From the IMG/VR virus record IMGVR_UViG_3300028832_000096: 64,000 bases of DNA. The stretch is one strand, 5' to 3'. A program made the position numbers and the translations under genes. This document shows, piece by piece, positions 9,771 through 18,405 of the stretch; position 1 is the stretch's first letter, and each line of letters starts with the position of its first letter. This DNA is from a virus. Taxonomy: Duplodnaviria; Caudoviricetes. Below the pieces are notes generated by a model. That model did no database searches and was not told the origin of the DNA. It worked only from the letters and a program-made list of their open reading frames with translations.

Positions 9771-10037
9771 TTACTCCCAACTAATGTATGCAACATTATT
9801 TTCAATTGCAGTACCAAGCTCATAAGAAATTGTATAGCCTTGACCCTCTAATGTAGTTTTTACAGAATCAAGTATCGTGCCAGTGTAAGCTACTTTATAC
9901 TGTCCGCAATTTGCAGCTGTATTGATAAGATATGCAATAGCTTGTGTTTGCTGGTCTACTTCTGCTGTGTTTGCTGTTGTCTTTACAGCTGATGCAGCTT
10001 TTAATGTTTGGAGTTCGTCCATTGGAATAAGTGCCAT
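9771..10037 (-). CDS. Small Ala/Thr-rich protein, possibly virion-associated
   Basis: 88 aa, AAAGGAG RBS. Confidence 0.65.
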   Translation of the reverse strand: MALIPMDELQTLKAASAVKTTANTAEVDQQTQAIAYLINTAANCGQYKVAYTGTILDSVKTTLEGQGYTISYELGTAIENNVAYISWE

Positions 10038-10068
10038 GTTATATTCTCCTTTATATAGTACTCAATTA

Positions 10069-11190
10069 TTACAGATACATGAAAAGTTCTGCACCGCCAT
10101 CTTTTGCTAAATCATCAAACCAATTATCCGGAGAAAAATCGCAGATAACTCCATCTGTAAGATTACGAACTCTAATGAAATATCCTTTGTTGGCATACTC
10201 ATTTATGGTTTCATTAAGTGCAGATATATCAGAAGTTTCATAAGATTCTGCTAAACCTCTAAGCTGTTCATCGTAGTAACCTTCAACGAGGAAATCATCA
10301 TTTAACTCAGGGTCAGAAGAACCATTTACCATATTAGCGAAGTACTTTGTATCAGTTGAACAGTTAACATCTCCGCAAGCATCAACTGAATTATCTTCAA
10401 CCCAGAAATCCTTGCCGTAAACAGCATCTACAGGAGTATATCTTCCGCTGAACTCCCAAGAAAGCAATCTATTATCAGGAGTTACTATATAGGAAGTCCA
10501 CCAATTACCTGAACCGGATTTAGGTTCAAATACATCACCTTCTCCGGATGTATAGTGGAATTCATAACTATCACCATCTTTAAAGACTAATTTCTTATCA
10601 GGAATAGTGTAACTGGAAGCCTTGATGTCGTCACAAGCATCTACTCCAAAAACTCTATTATAAAGTGCTTCAAACTCCTCTGAAGTCATTTCTTCATCAT
10701 AGATTGCAAGAAGTTCTTCGGCTGTTGCTTTCTCAGTAATTTCTTCTGCATCACAGAAATCAAGATTCATATACTTATCGTTGTCTTCAAGCATATCTAA
10801 AACATTTCTCTGAAGGACTTTTCTAGATAATACTTTTGTTCCATCAGGTTTTGTGGTATAACTTTCGCCATTATATCTGCTGAAATGATAAGTCTTTGAT
10901 GCTTTGATATCTCCACAAGCTTCGACATCTTCGCAAGGAACAACATCTCCGTCCTTCTGGCAGTAACCTATCTGGTCAAGATACCTGTTGATTTCTGTCT
11001 CAGAAGGAATATCATACTGCTTGAGCTCATCTGCAGTTAAGAACCTATCAAGCCAAACCGCTGTGTAGTAGTTGGGCAAGTCCTTAGACCTAATAACATT
11101 TACATCTTTTGGAAGTGTTCCAGGGCCAACACCATGCTTAAAAATGTAGAGATAACCATTATTTGAACTTGATTTAATATAAACTTTCAT
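10069..11190 (-). CDS. Multidomain putative polyprotein, MKVYIKSS leader, N-terminal DarA_C-like domain
   Basis: YIFKHGVGPGTLP...LDRFLTADELKQYDI resembles DarA_C; three V(E/D)AC(G/D)D(I/V)(K/N)(A/C)S linkers. Confidence 0.7.
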   Translation of the reverse strand: MKVYIKSSSNNGYLYIFKHGVGPGTLPKDVNVIRSKDLPNYYTAVWLDRFLTADELKQYDIPSETEINRYLDQIGYCQKDGDVVPCEDVEACGDIKASKTYHFSRYNGESYTTKPDGTKVLSRKVLQRNVLDMLEDNDKYMNLDFCDAEEITEKATAEELLAIYDEEMTSEEFEALYNRVFGVDACDDIKASSYTIPDKKLVFKDGDSYEFHYTSGEGDVFEPKSGSGNWWTSYIVTPDNRLLSWEFSGRYTPVDAVYGKDFWVEDNSVDACGDVNCSTDTKYFANMVNGSSDPELNDDFLVEGYYDEQLRGLAESYETSDISALNETINEYANKGYFIRVRNLTDGVICDFSPDNWFDDLAKDGGAELFMYL

Positions 11191-11226
11191 AGGGAGTTCT
11201 CCTGTAAAATGTATTCTCTAATATAA

Positions 11227-11232
11227 AAGGTT
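11227..11232 (-). promoter_or_regulatory. AACCTT motif
   Basis: AACCTTTTATATT just after a terminator and upstream of start 11190. Confidence 0.55.
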
Positions 11233-11248
11233 AGTGTTGTTAACAATG

Positions 11249-11285
11249 AAAAAATAAAAGCAAGCAAGTATATATTCTTGCTTGC
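11249..11285 (-). terminator. Intrinsic terminator
   Basis: GCAAGCAAG/CTTGCTTGC stem followed by TTTTATTTTTT on the minus strand. Confidence 0.75.
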
Positions 11286-11311
11286 CTGTAGTGCAATTTA
11301 TCAAGTTGTTG

Positions 11312-12292
11312 TTATACGTTACTGATGTAAGCTTCAAGAGCTTTGTATATCTTATGCGAAACAATACCGTATACTTTATCAAGTATTACTTCATCTCTAT
11401 CTTTAAAAAGCTTCTGAACTTCCATAAATTCTTCAAAGCTTGTGATATCAAAGAGTACTTTCAATACATCATGCATGAGTGACTCATCCACAGGAGTTTC
11501 AACTTTCTTAGTATCAACAACTTTAGTACTAAGATAACTTTCGTGCAAGCGATTAAATCCTTTGCTTCCTCTTGTGATGTCAACCCCTCCATACAGTCCG
11601 CAAAGCATTCTTATAGTATTCAAATCAGGAATATCTTCTCCTGTAAAATACTTTTTAACAACATCTTCTTCTACATGAAGAAATACAGCGATGTCATTAG
11701 TAGAAAACTTAGAATTAGCGAACAATGACGGCCAGAATGTGTAATCTACGTCATCTTCCTGAACTACTTCAGGTTTTTCATTTTCAGCAGGGTCAGGTTC
11801 AACAGGTTTGCCTTCTTTGATTGCAAGATACTGCTCATGAGCATTTTTAAATTCTTCCTTACCTTTATCAAGAGGTATGTCAAACAAATTACAGTACTTC
11901 TCAAGAGCGGGCTTCCTAGGCATATTTCTACCACTGAAATTTGTAGAAACAACAGCAGGAGCAATGCCTGTCATCTTTGAAATATCTTCTAAAGAAAGAT
12001 TATTTTCCTCTCTAAGTTTATTCCAGAATGTGTCGTAATAGTGCTGTGTCTTCCTTTCTGAATCCCATTTCTTTTCCGCATTGTAGAAAGCATTATAACC
12101 TCTATCAAAAGGAATATCAAAAAGCTTGCACAACTGCTCGATATGATGCTCATTTCTTGGAGCCTTAACTCCTGCAAACCATGACCCGAGGGTTGATTGA
12201 GGGATACCTGTCTTCTTTGCAATGTATTTAAAAGACCAACCCCGCTTTGTTCTTTCGGTGTTCCAGAAAGTATCTTTTGCTGCTCTACTCAT
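11312..12292 (-). CDS. Transcription regulator with three tandem XRE-type HTH domains
   Basis: Three repeats beginning TFW, each with HTH pattern (IAKKTGIPQSTLGSWFAG; ISKMTGIAPAVVSTNFSG; IAVFLHVEEDVVKKYFTG). Confidence 0.8.
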   Translation of the reverse strand: MSRAAKDTFWNTERTKRGWSFKYIAKKTGIPQSTLGSWFAGVKAPRNEHHIEQLCKLFDIPFDRGYNAFYNAEKKWDSERKTQHYYDTFWNKLREENNLSLEDISKMTGIAPAVVSTNFSGRNMPRKPALEKYCNLFDIPLDKGKEEFKNAHEQYLAIKEGKPVEPDPAENEKPEVVQEDDVDYTFWPSLFANSKFSTNDIAVFLHVEEDVVKKYFTGEDIPDLNTIRMLCGLYGGVDITRGSKGFNRLHESYLSTKVVDTKKVETPVDESLMHDVLKVLFDITSFEEFMEVQKLFKDRDEVILDKVYGIVSHKIYKALEAYISNV

Positions 12293-12338
12293 AAACTACT
12301 CCCTTCAGATATTGATGTCTTGAGTACTATACATACTA

Positions 12339-12346
12339 TAACGATT
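12339..12346 (-). promoter_or_regulatory. AATCGTTA motif
   Basis: Upstream of the triple-HTH gene. Confidence 0.6.
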
Positions 12347-12359
12347 CTCTGTTAACTAA

Positions 12360-12508
12360 AACGGATAGGCTGTTCGTCAAACTCCATTTAAACACTACAT
12401 TGAAGGTGACTAAAGGTAATTCAAATACCAGTCTGTCGTGTCCTTCTAAGGGGCTGCTTCTTCAAGCCCTGTCGCACTCATGTGCCGTCTATCGTGCACC
12501 TACCTATT
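12360..12508 (-). ncRNA. Candidate structured small RNA
   Basis: ORF-poor, GC-richer stretch between two AATCGTTA motifs with hairpins GCAC-ATGA-GTGC, GGGCT...AGCCC, GACT-GGTA...TACC-AGTC. Confidence 0.35.
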
Positions 12509-12513
12509 ATCTA

Positions 12514-12521
12514 TAACGATT
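12514..12521 (-). promoter_or_regulatory. AATCGTTA motif
   Basis: Directly downstream of a terminator, not followed by a substantial ORF. Confidence 0.55.
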
Positions 12522-12524
12522 TAC

Positions 12525-12565
12525 AAAATAATACACCCCGAGGAGGTGAGGTTCGGGGTGTATTA
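12525..12565 (-). terminator. Intrinsic terminator
   Basis: TAATACACCCCGA/TCGGGGTGTATTA 13-bp stem, TTTT after on the minus strand. Confidence 0.7.
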
Positions 12566-12591
12566 CCAGATGGAAAAGAGCCTAAGCGGGA

Positions 12592-12927
12592 TTAGTTGTA
12601 ATTAGTTTCATCACCTTCAGAGTAGCATTTAGGACAATAGCCTCCGTCAGTTAACCTTGTTCCACATTCAGGACATCTTGCGATATCTTGACCTTCTAAT
12701 GGTTGCTCATTGAAATCAGGAAGTTCTTCTACATCATTAAGCAATTTCAAATATGCACTCTGTTTAAGCTTTAATCTAGCTTTCGCTTGAGATAATATAT
12801 TTGATTTTGCTTTTGCTTCACTTACAGCATTTGAATAGAATACAGCATCGCGGATAAGTATATTGTTGAACTGGTCCGCGATGCTTCCTTCATATATGTA
12901 TCTGTTTGATTTAATGTAGATTTTCAT
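12592..12927 (-). CDS. Zinc-ribbon protein, MKIYIKS leader
   Basis: C-terminal CPECGTRLTDGGYCPKC; start could also be 12939. Confidence 0.7.
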   Translation of the reverse strand: MKIYIKSNRYIYEGSIADQFNNILIRDAVFYSNAVSEAKAKSNILSQAKARLKLKQSAYLKLLNDVEELPDFNEQPLEGQDIARCPECGTRLTDGGYCPKCYSEGDETNYN

Positions 12928-12935
12928 TGGAAACA

Positions 12936-13181
12936 TCATGCCCAGCGAGCATTTAACTCCTCAACCAAATCAGCAGCAGCTAAAAGTGCTTCAGCAAATT
13001 CGCGTGTATCTTCTACAGGCTGTGTACCCCAAGCTCCCCAGTTGATACCTGCTTGGAATCCGCTATCCCTGCCTCTTCGGCCGCGAAGGTCAAAAATTTC
13101 AATACGAGTATCGCCATACTGAGCATTAAATTCCATGCGGACATCATCTAATTCTTGTCTCCAACGCTCCCATTCTGTCAT
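12936..13181 (-). CDS. Hypothetical protein
   Basis: 81 aa, GGAGG RBS, AATCGTTA upstream. Confidence 0.7.
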   Translation of the reverse strand: MTEWERWRQELDDVRMEFNAQYGDTRIEIFDLRGRRGRDSGFQAGINWGAWGTQPVEDTREFAEALLAAADLVEELNARWA

Positions 13182-13206
13182 AGATAGAATCCTCCGATGC
13201 TTAATA

Positions 13207-13214
13207 TAACGATT
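13207..13214 (-). promoter_or_regulatory. AATCGTTA motif
   Basis: Overlaps the tail tube stop; upstream of start 13181. Confidence 0.55.
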
Positions 13215-14334
13215 TACTGAATATCTTCAGGCTTAAGATAGATTGCACGAGAAATCTGGAAGGTGCAGGTAACATTTACCAGTCCGCCATCCTGAGACAT
13301 TTCGCCGTTGTTGAGTGAAGAAATCCAAGTACCAGGGCACTTAATAACGTCTCTTGCCTGTCCGCCAGTACCATCGTACTTAATAAAGTAAACTTGTCTC
13401 ATATACTGAGAAGGAAGTCCTAAGCACTCTGTGAGCGGGTCATATACCTGCTTTCTCCAAGCTCTAAGAGCTTCAAGAACATTAGGTGTTGTGTAGCAGT
13501 TAAGTGTCCAAGAAACGTCATTGTAGCTGATTTTCTGAGGGAACTTAATCAAGCCGTTACCATAATGAACAGTAATTGCGTCCTGAGACTCTTCAATTGC
13601 GCCAACTTCCTGTGTAGAAAGTGTTAACATATCAGAGAACTCAGCAGGGCTGGAACCATCCATGTTATAGATTCTGATTTCGAAGTTGTTCTTGTACAAT
13701 GTCGATAGGTAAGTCTATTGTATCAATGTTTCTGACTTTTCCCCCGACCCACACCGGACATGAGACTTTCACCTCATCCGGCGTTCCATCGTATTTATAA
13801 TTACTTCGAATCTAATATAAACACGACTAAAGGCCATCACTCCGCTAAATTATTATCAGTAGCATCATCGCTTCGACCTTAGCTTTTCAGTATTAGTTAA
13901 TTAGCTTATTATTCTTCGACTAAACGCTGAACGCCTAATACCTTTCCTTGTTCCGAAGATTCTATCTTTGCATATATCTTTAGGTGCTTGCTTTGCATAA
14001 AATAATTGAATATTAGATTTTTCTAATATATAGGATTTCATATTCCGCAATTTACTTTCCTACATTATTGTTATACGTTCATTCGCAAGTTCGTCAGCCT
14101 ATTAGACATTCTCACCATGGATATTTTATAGACTCCCGACATTCTTTGCCGACTTCACCGAGCTTTATACATAAGTACTATGCATATCGGATATTAGAGA
14201 AATTACTTAATAATTTTCGAATCTTCAGTTCACCCTTAAGTGCTTAATCTTTTCAATTAAGAACAAGTCGCACGCGGAACATATGAATCAACACCTAACA
14301 TATGGTTGGTGCCCATAGCTAATGGGGTGAACAT
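13214..14334 (-). CDS. Tail tube protein (T4 gp19-like), spliced: exon 1 14334-14274, exon 2 13698-13214, 181 aa
   Basis: Exon 1 MFTPLAMGTNHMLGVDSYVP with AGGAGG RBS joins in frame (C|TG) to YKNNFEIRI...ITVHYGNGLIKFPQKISYNDVSWT...W..QVYDP. Confidence 0.8.
13699..14273 (-). mobile_element. ORF-less group II intron (IIB, bacterial class B-like), 575 nt
   Basis: 5' GTGCGAC; domain V GAACGCCGGATGAGGTGAAAGTCTCATGTCCGGTGTG; domain VI GGGGAAAAGTC...GACTTACCTATCGACAT; EBS1 GCGGAA (14043-14048) complements the exon 1 end TTCCGC. Confidence 0.92.
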
Positions 14335-14390
14335 ATAATGTATTCCTCCTTAATTTGAATTATTTTTGTAGCTTATCTACATTTCAATAC

Positions 14391-14396
14391 AAGGTA
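14391..14396 (-). promoter_or_regulatory. TACCTT variant of the AACCTT motif
   Basis: TACCTTGTATT upstream of tail tube exon 1. Confidence 0.45.
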
Positions 14397-14471
14397 CTGT
14401 ATATTTAAAATTGATGACATCTAATATATAATAAAATAGTACAATAATTTTAAAGTTTGGAGGTACAATAA

Positions 14472-16148
14472 ATGCCCACAGGAATACCAGAAAAACTCAA
14501 GCCATGTAAGATATGTAAAGAAATGTTTTTACCTGCAACTCCATCACAAAAGATATGCAAGAACTCACACTATGCGAATTGTCCAATATGCAATAAACCT
14601 ATGTTATGGAATACTACTAGAGCACCTGAACCTTGCTCCAAAGAATGTCGAAAAGAAAAAACAAGAAAATTCTATCAAGAAAAGTACAATGTAGACCATC
14701 CAATGAAAAATGCAGAAGTTAAAAAACATTTCCAGGAAGCTATGAAAAAGAAATATGGTAATGAACATGCTTTACAATGCAAAAAATTTAAAAATAAAGC
14801 TATAGAAACGAACCGAAAGAAATTCGGAACAGATTGGGCATTGAGCAACAAAAATGTTCAAGATAAAAGAAAACAGACGATGTTAGATAGATATGGAGTT
14901 GAATGCCCTTTCAATATGAAAGACTATCAAGAAAAAGTTAAAACAACCTCTAATAAAAAATATGGTGTAGACCATCCATCTAAATCAGAATCGGTTAGAG
15001 AAAATATGAAGCGAGGTATGTTAGATAGATATGGAGTTGAATTTCCATCTCAAAACAAAGAAATATTAAGTAAAATGCAAGCAAAAAGGGCTGCTCATAT
15101 GGATGAGATTGTAGAAAATATTAGGGCAAGCTTTATACAAAAATATGGAGTACCTAATTGTTTTCAATCAGAAGATATCAAAGAAAAAATTGTTAAAACA
15201 TGCATAGACAAATATGGATTTCCAAGTGCAATGCAAAGTGAAGAAGTTAAGAAGAAAGTATCTCAAACGATACGGGAAAGATATGGTGTTAATTGGTTTG
15301 TTCAATCTGAAAAATATCTAGATGCGCATTCGTATATATCTAAAGTAGCGCAACAATTTGCTAATAGATTAATTAGCCGAAACATACCTATATCATATGA
15401 ATTTCCGTTAGATTCTTATAGATATGATATAAAACTAAATAATACACTAGTAGAAATTGACCCAACATACACTCATAGCATCTTAGAAAATCACTGGGGT
15501 CCAGGTTTAGATAAAGATTATCATAAAAATAAAACCGATGTAGCAAATCAAGCTAGTTTCAAGTGTGTCCATGTATTTAGTTGGGACTGCCAAGGAAAGA
15601 TTATAAACATACTTAATCCTAACAAGATATGTGTAGATGATAGTGAATTACAAATATACGTGCTCAACAAAGCAGCAGCTACTAGATTTCTCAACAATTA
15701 CTCAATCCAAGGTAATTATAATAAATCAGCATATTACATAGGGCTAGTTAAAGATGATATTATTTATCAATTGGTAGCAATAGGTAAATCTAGATATAAT
15801 TCTGAATACTATGCCGAAATAACTAGATGGCAAACAAACCCTAACTACAAAATATCTAATGGATATTCTAAGATATTAAACTTTATACAATCAGATGAAT
15901 TCTTATCAGTTAAAAATGTAGTGTTGTACTATGATAAATCTAAACAATTCGAGGACGACATTACGACAAACATGGAGTATGTTCATGATAATCCTCCAAT
16001 AATGATATGGTCTGACCAAGGAAACAAATTTATAACAGATAGAATATTTAAACAATATGGATATAAAGGAATTACTAATGAATTAGATATGATAAAAATG
16101 GGTTGGCGTCCTGTATATAACTGCGGATACAGTGTTTATAAGATTTAA
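14472..16148 (+). CDS. Free-standing homing-endonuclease-like protein (Zn-finger, KYGV repeats, Vsr/Hef-like nuclease)
   Basis: CxxC clusters, about 8 (K/R)YGV(E/D)xP repeats, YDI...VEID...H...YHKNKT...HVFSWD, GWRPVYNCG; lone plus-strand, very AT-rich gene. Confidence 0.7.
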   Translation: MPTGIPEKLKPCKICKEMFLPATPSQKICKNSHYANCPICNKPMLWNTTRAPEPCSKECRKEKTRKFYQEKYNVDHPMKNAEVKKHFQEAMKKKYGNEHALQCKKFKNKAIETNRKKFGTDWALSNKNVQDKRKQTMLDRYGVECPFNMKDYQEKVKTTSNKKYGVDHPSKSESVRENMKRGMLDRYGVEFPSQNKEILSKMQAKRAAHMDEIVENIRASFIQKYGVPNCFQSEDIKEKIVKTCIDKYGFPSAMQSEEVKKKVSQTIRERYGVNWFVQSEKYLDAHSYISKVAQQFANRLISRNIPISYEFPLDSYRYDIKLNNTLVEIDPTYTHSILENHWGPGLDKDYHKNKTDVANQASFKCVHVFSWDCQGKIINILNPNKICVDDSELQIYVLNKAAATRFLNNYSIQGNYNKSAYYIGLVKDDIIYQLVAIGKSRYNSEYYAEITRWQTNPNYKISNGYSKILNFIQSDEFLSVKNVVLYYDKSKQFEDDITTNMEYVHDNPPIMIWSDQGNKFITDRIFKQYGYKGITNELDMIKMGWRPVYNCGYSVYKI

Positions 16149-16158
16149 TTCAAAAATA

Positions 16159-16192
16159 AGAAAAGTCCCAACCGAAGTCGAGACTTTTCTTT
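16159..16192. terminator. Bidirectional terminator between convergent genes
   Basis: AGAAAAGTC...GACTTTTCT stem with A/T tracts on both sides. Confidence 0.7.
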
Positions 16193-16216
16193 TGAGGTTA
16201 CCAATATGGTTAGGTG

Positions 16217-16690
16217 TTACTTGTAATAAGGTACTCCAAAACCTACAATGTTCTTTGATGTATAAGAAATGTGTCGATAGCCTACTTTGTTACTTTTGTT
16301 TCCTTCAATAACATATATGTAGCCCTTTTTCTTATAGTTGACGCTCGTAACCATACCTGTGTGAGTACTTTTTGATGTAGAGCTATCTTTGAAATTGTAG
16401 AATACGAGGTCTCCTACCTTAGGAGTTGCTCCTCTACTTCTCCACCTCTTCTTAGATTTGTACCACTTCATCTGCTGAGTGCATCCGGCAGAAGTACTGA
16501 GCTTAGTTACACCGATTTGAAGTAAGCAAGAAGCTGTTGTAATTGCGCACCAAGGAGTTGTCTTGCAATTTTTCTTATTGCCTGTTTTCTTATTCCAAGG
16601 GTCTACAATGTACTTCTGGGCTTTACCGTTGCTCTCGCTGTAACCGTTCCAACCTTTGAACTTATCTCTTGCTTGAGCAGCTGTTGCCAT
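16217..16690 (-). CDS. CHAP-domain endolysin
   Basis: [22 protein letters not shown] motifs; follows the holin. Confidence 0.85.
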   Translation of the reverse strand: MATAAQARDKFKGWNGYSESNGKAQKYIVDPWNKKTGNKKNCKTTPWCAITTASCLLQIGVTKLSTSAGCTQQMKWYKSKKRWRSRGATPKVGDLVFYNFKDSSTSKSTHTGMVTSVNYKKKGYIYVIEGNKSNKVGYRHISYTSKNIVGFGVPYYK

Positions 16691-16691
16691 A

Positions 16692-17033
16692 TTATGCCTC
16701 CTCGCCAGGGTCTCCTACTACAGGTTCCTCTTCGTCTGCAGGTCCTTCAACGTACTCTTCGTCAACCTTGGTAAACTGTTTGTAGACCTGGTTGATACCA
16801 ACAGATGCGAAACCTGAAACGATACCGATAGCAAGTGCGAAAAGCCAATTGTCAGCAGGAATGCAACCGGGAATTGTATTGAATACAACTACACCTAAAA
16901 TTCCACCAATTGTTGCGCAAATAACAGGGATAAACTTGTCAAGCTTCTCAAAGTTAAATGCCTTCAATGTTGCACCTGCTAAGTAGCAAATAACTACAAT
17001 TGCCGGAAATGCTACGAAACCTAAATCGTTCAT
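16692..17033 (-). CDS. Holin
   Basis: Three hydrophobic segments, [17 protein letters not shown], acidic tail; adjacent to lysin. Confidence 0.85.
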   Translation of the reverse strand: MNDLGFVAFPAIVVICYLAGATLKAFNFEKLDKFIPVICATIGGILGVVVFNTIPGCIPADNWLFALAIGIVSGFASVGINQVYKQFTKVDEEYVEGPADEEEPVVGDPGEEA

Positions 17034-17140
17034 CTTTTTTGTCCTCCTTCGTCGTCTTTCGTAGTGATATAGAAAAGTATCGCTAATGCCGATACAAATA
17101 GGCTGATGATAGCGAACTTTGCTAACTCCTTAATAAGTAT
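17030..17140 (-). CDS. 36-aa single-TM peptide with probable ATA start (not in ORF track)
   Basis: AGGAG 10 nt upstream of ATA; [35 protein letters not shown]; TGA overlaps the holin ATG (ATGA). Confidence 0.45.
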   Translation of the reverse strand: MLIKELAKFAIISLFVSALAILFYITTKDDEGGQKR

Positions 17141-17214
17141 ATTACATCATCTCCTATAAATTATTCGTCGTTCAGACCTCGCCACGAATTCCTATAGGAT
17201 ATGTATAATGATTT

Positions 17215-17220
17215 AAGGTT
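17215..17220 (-). promoter_or_regulatory. AACCTT motif
   Basis: Upstream of the lysis cassette. Confidence 0.55.
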
Positions 17221-17223
17221 GAT

Positions 17224-17847
17224 TTACTCGTCACCTGCAGTCGGTGGTGCTATTTCAATATCATTTGAAAGTACCTGACGCTGCAAATGTCTAGGCGTGT
17301 AAGATAAAGAAACGCAACCATGTGTCTTAAGATGTATTGTTGATTGATAAAGTGCACCGGATTTTATGTAATTAACACTACCAGATTCTTTCTTGATTCC
17401 AAAACCTAAATCTATCTCAACGCCAAAGCGAATCTTTCTGTCAGATTCATAAGGAAGTTGAATAGTTAAGAAGTACTGTGATAAATACTTATAGAAAAGC
17501 TCACGAGCTAATTCATCAGAATCTGCTGTATTTGTAGCGAGTATTCTTACAGTATATTGTAAATCAACAGGGAGGGCTTTCTCAAAGTAGATGTTATTTG
17601 TTTTGTTATCAAAAACAGCAGGCACACCAAATTGCGCTCTAGAAAAATTATACAATTCAGTAATGACCGGCATATCGTCATCTCTACTTACTAAGATAAG
17701 TGGATAAGTGATAGTATCATTCTGTATCTGAGCGATAATTCCTGGATATGTTTCAGCATCAGAAATAACTACATTTGGGTTAGCAGTATCGCTGTTGATA
17801 GATTGCTTGATATCATCAACTAGTGCTTGGTCATATTTCCAAATCAT
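17224..17847 (-). CDS. Putative tail terminator / neck protein
   Basis: YPLILVSR...LPVDLQYTVRILA pattern and position in the morphogenesis module. Confidence 0.5.
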   Translation of the reverse strand: MIWKYDQALVDDIKQSINSDTANPNVVISDAETYPGIIAQIQNDTITYPLILVSRDDDMPVITELYNFSRAQFGVPAVFDNKTNNIYFEKALPVDLQYTVRILATNTADSDELARELFYKYLSQYFLTIQLPYESDRKIRFGVEIDLGFGIKKESGSVNYIKSGALYQSTIHLKTHGCVSLSYTPRHLQRQVLSNDIEIAPPTAGDE

Positions 17848-17859
17848 TTACAATACTCC

Positions 17860-18405
17860 TTATTTGTCTCCTGGATGATATGTTCCTTTGTAGTCATTAC
17901 CACGATAGTCAGTAGCATCTTTAAGGAAGTGACTTGACTTATTGAATGTTTGCTCTGTTTCTTTTCTAGTCCTTCCGGTAATAGGTTGACCATTTGCGAT
18001 AGGAACAACTTGGCAAATAAGATGGTCAGCCGCTACCATATCATAAGTAATTTCGGTAACTCGGAATTTCCTCTCAGTTAATTCTGAATACAGGCCAGAC
18101 AAAGAAAAGATGCTATCCTTTTGCACTTTAGGCAAGTCCCAACTGCAGTGAAGAAGAAACGGAAGGTTTGTATCATTATCAACAACCCAACCGTACCTCT
18201 TAAAGGTCTTCACCTTAGGATTTCCATCAAAGAAAATAAATGTATCCATAGGTTCTGAATATGAATCTATTTCTGATTCACCTTGTTCGTTTGTCTGAGC
18301 AATATTAGGAAATTGGTACTTTGCAGGAACTCCTTGCATGCTCAGAGCTTCGTTGTACCTTTTACGCATTAATAATATATCAGGACCTATTAAGTGATTA
18401 CTCAT
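17860..18405 (-). CDS. Putative head-closure/neck protein
   Basis: Beta-rich, EALSMQG...KRYGW...FRVTEI; context near portal. Confidence 0.45.
   Translation of the reverse strand: MSNHLIGPDILLMRKRYNEALSMQGVPAKYQFPNIAQTNEQGESEIDSYSEPMDTFIFFDGNPKVKTFKRYGWVVDNDTNLPFLLHCSWDLPKVQKDSIFSLSGLYSELTERKFRVTEITYDMVAADHLICQVVPIANGQPITGRTRKETEQTFNKSSHFLKDATDYRGNDYKGTYHPGDK

Noticed and set aside
13214-13699. Tail tube starting at TTG 13699
   Set aside because: No RBS; the first T is the last intron base and the real start is 14334.
14404-14445. Sigma-A promoter for the plus-strand endonuclease
   Set aside because: Several -10-like hexamers but no -35 at a convincing spacing.
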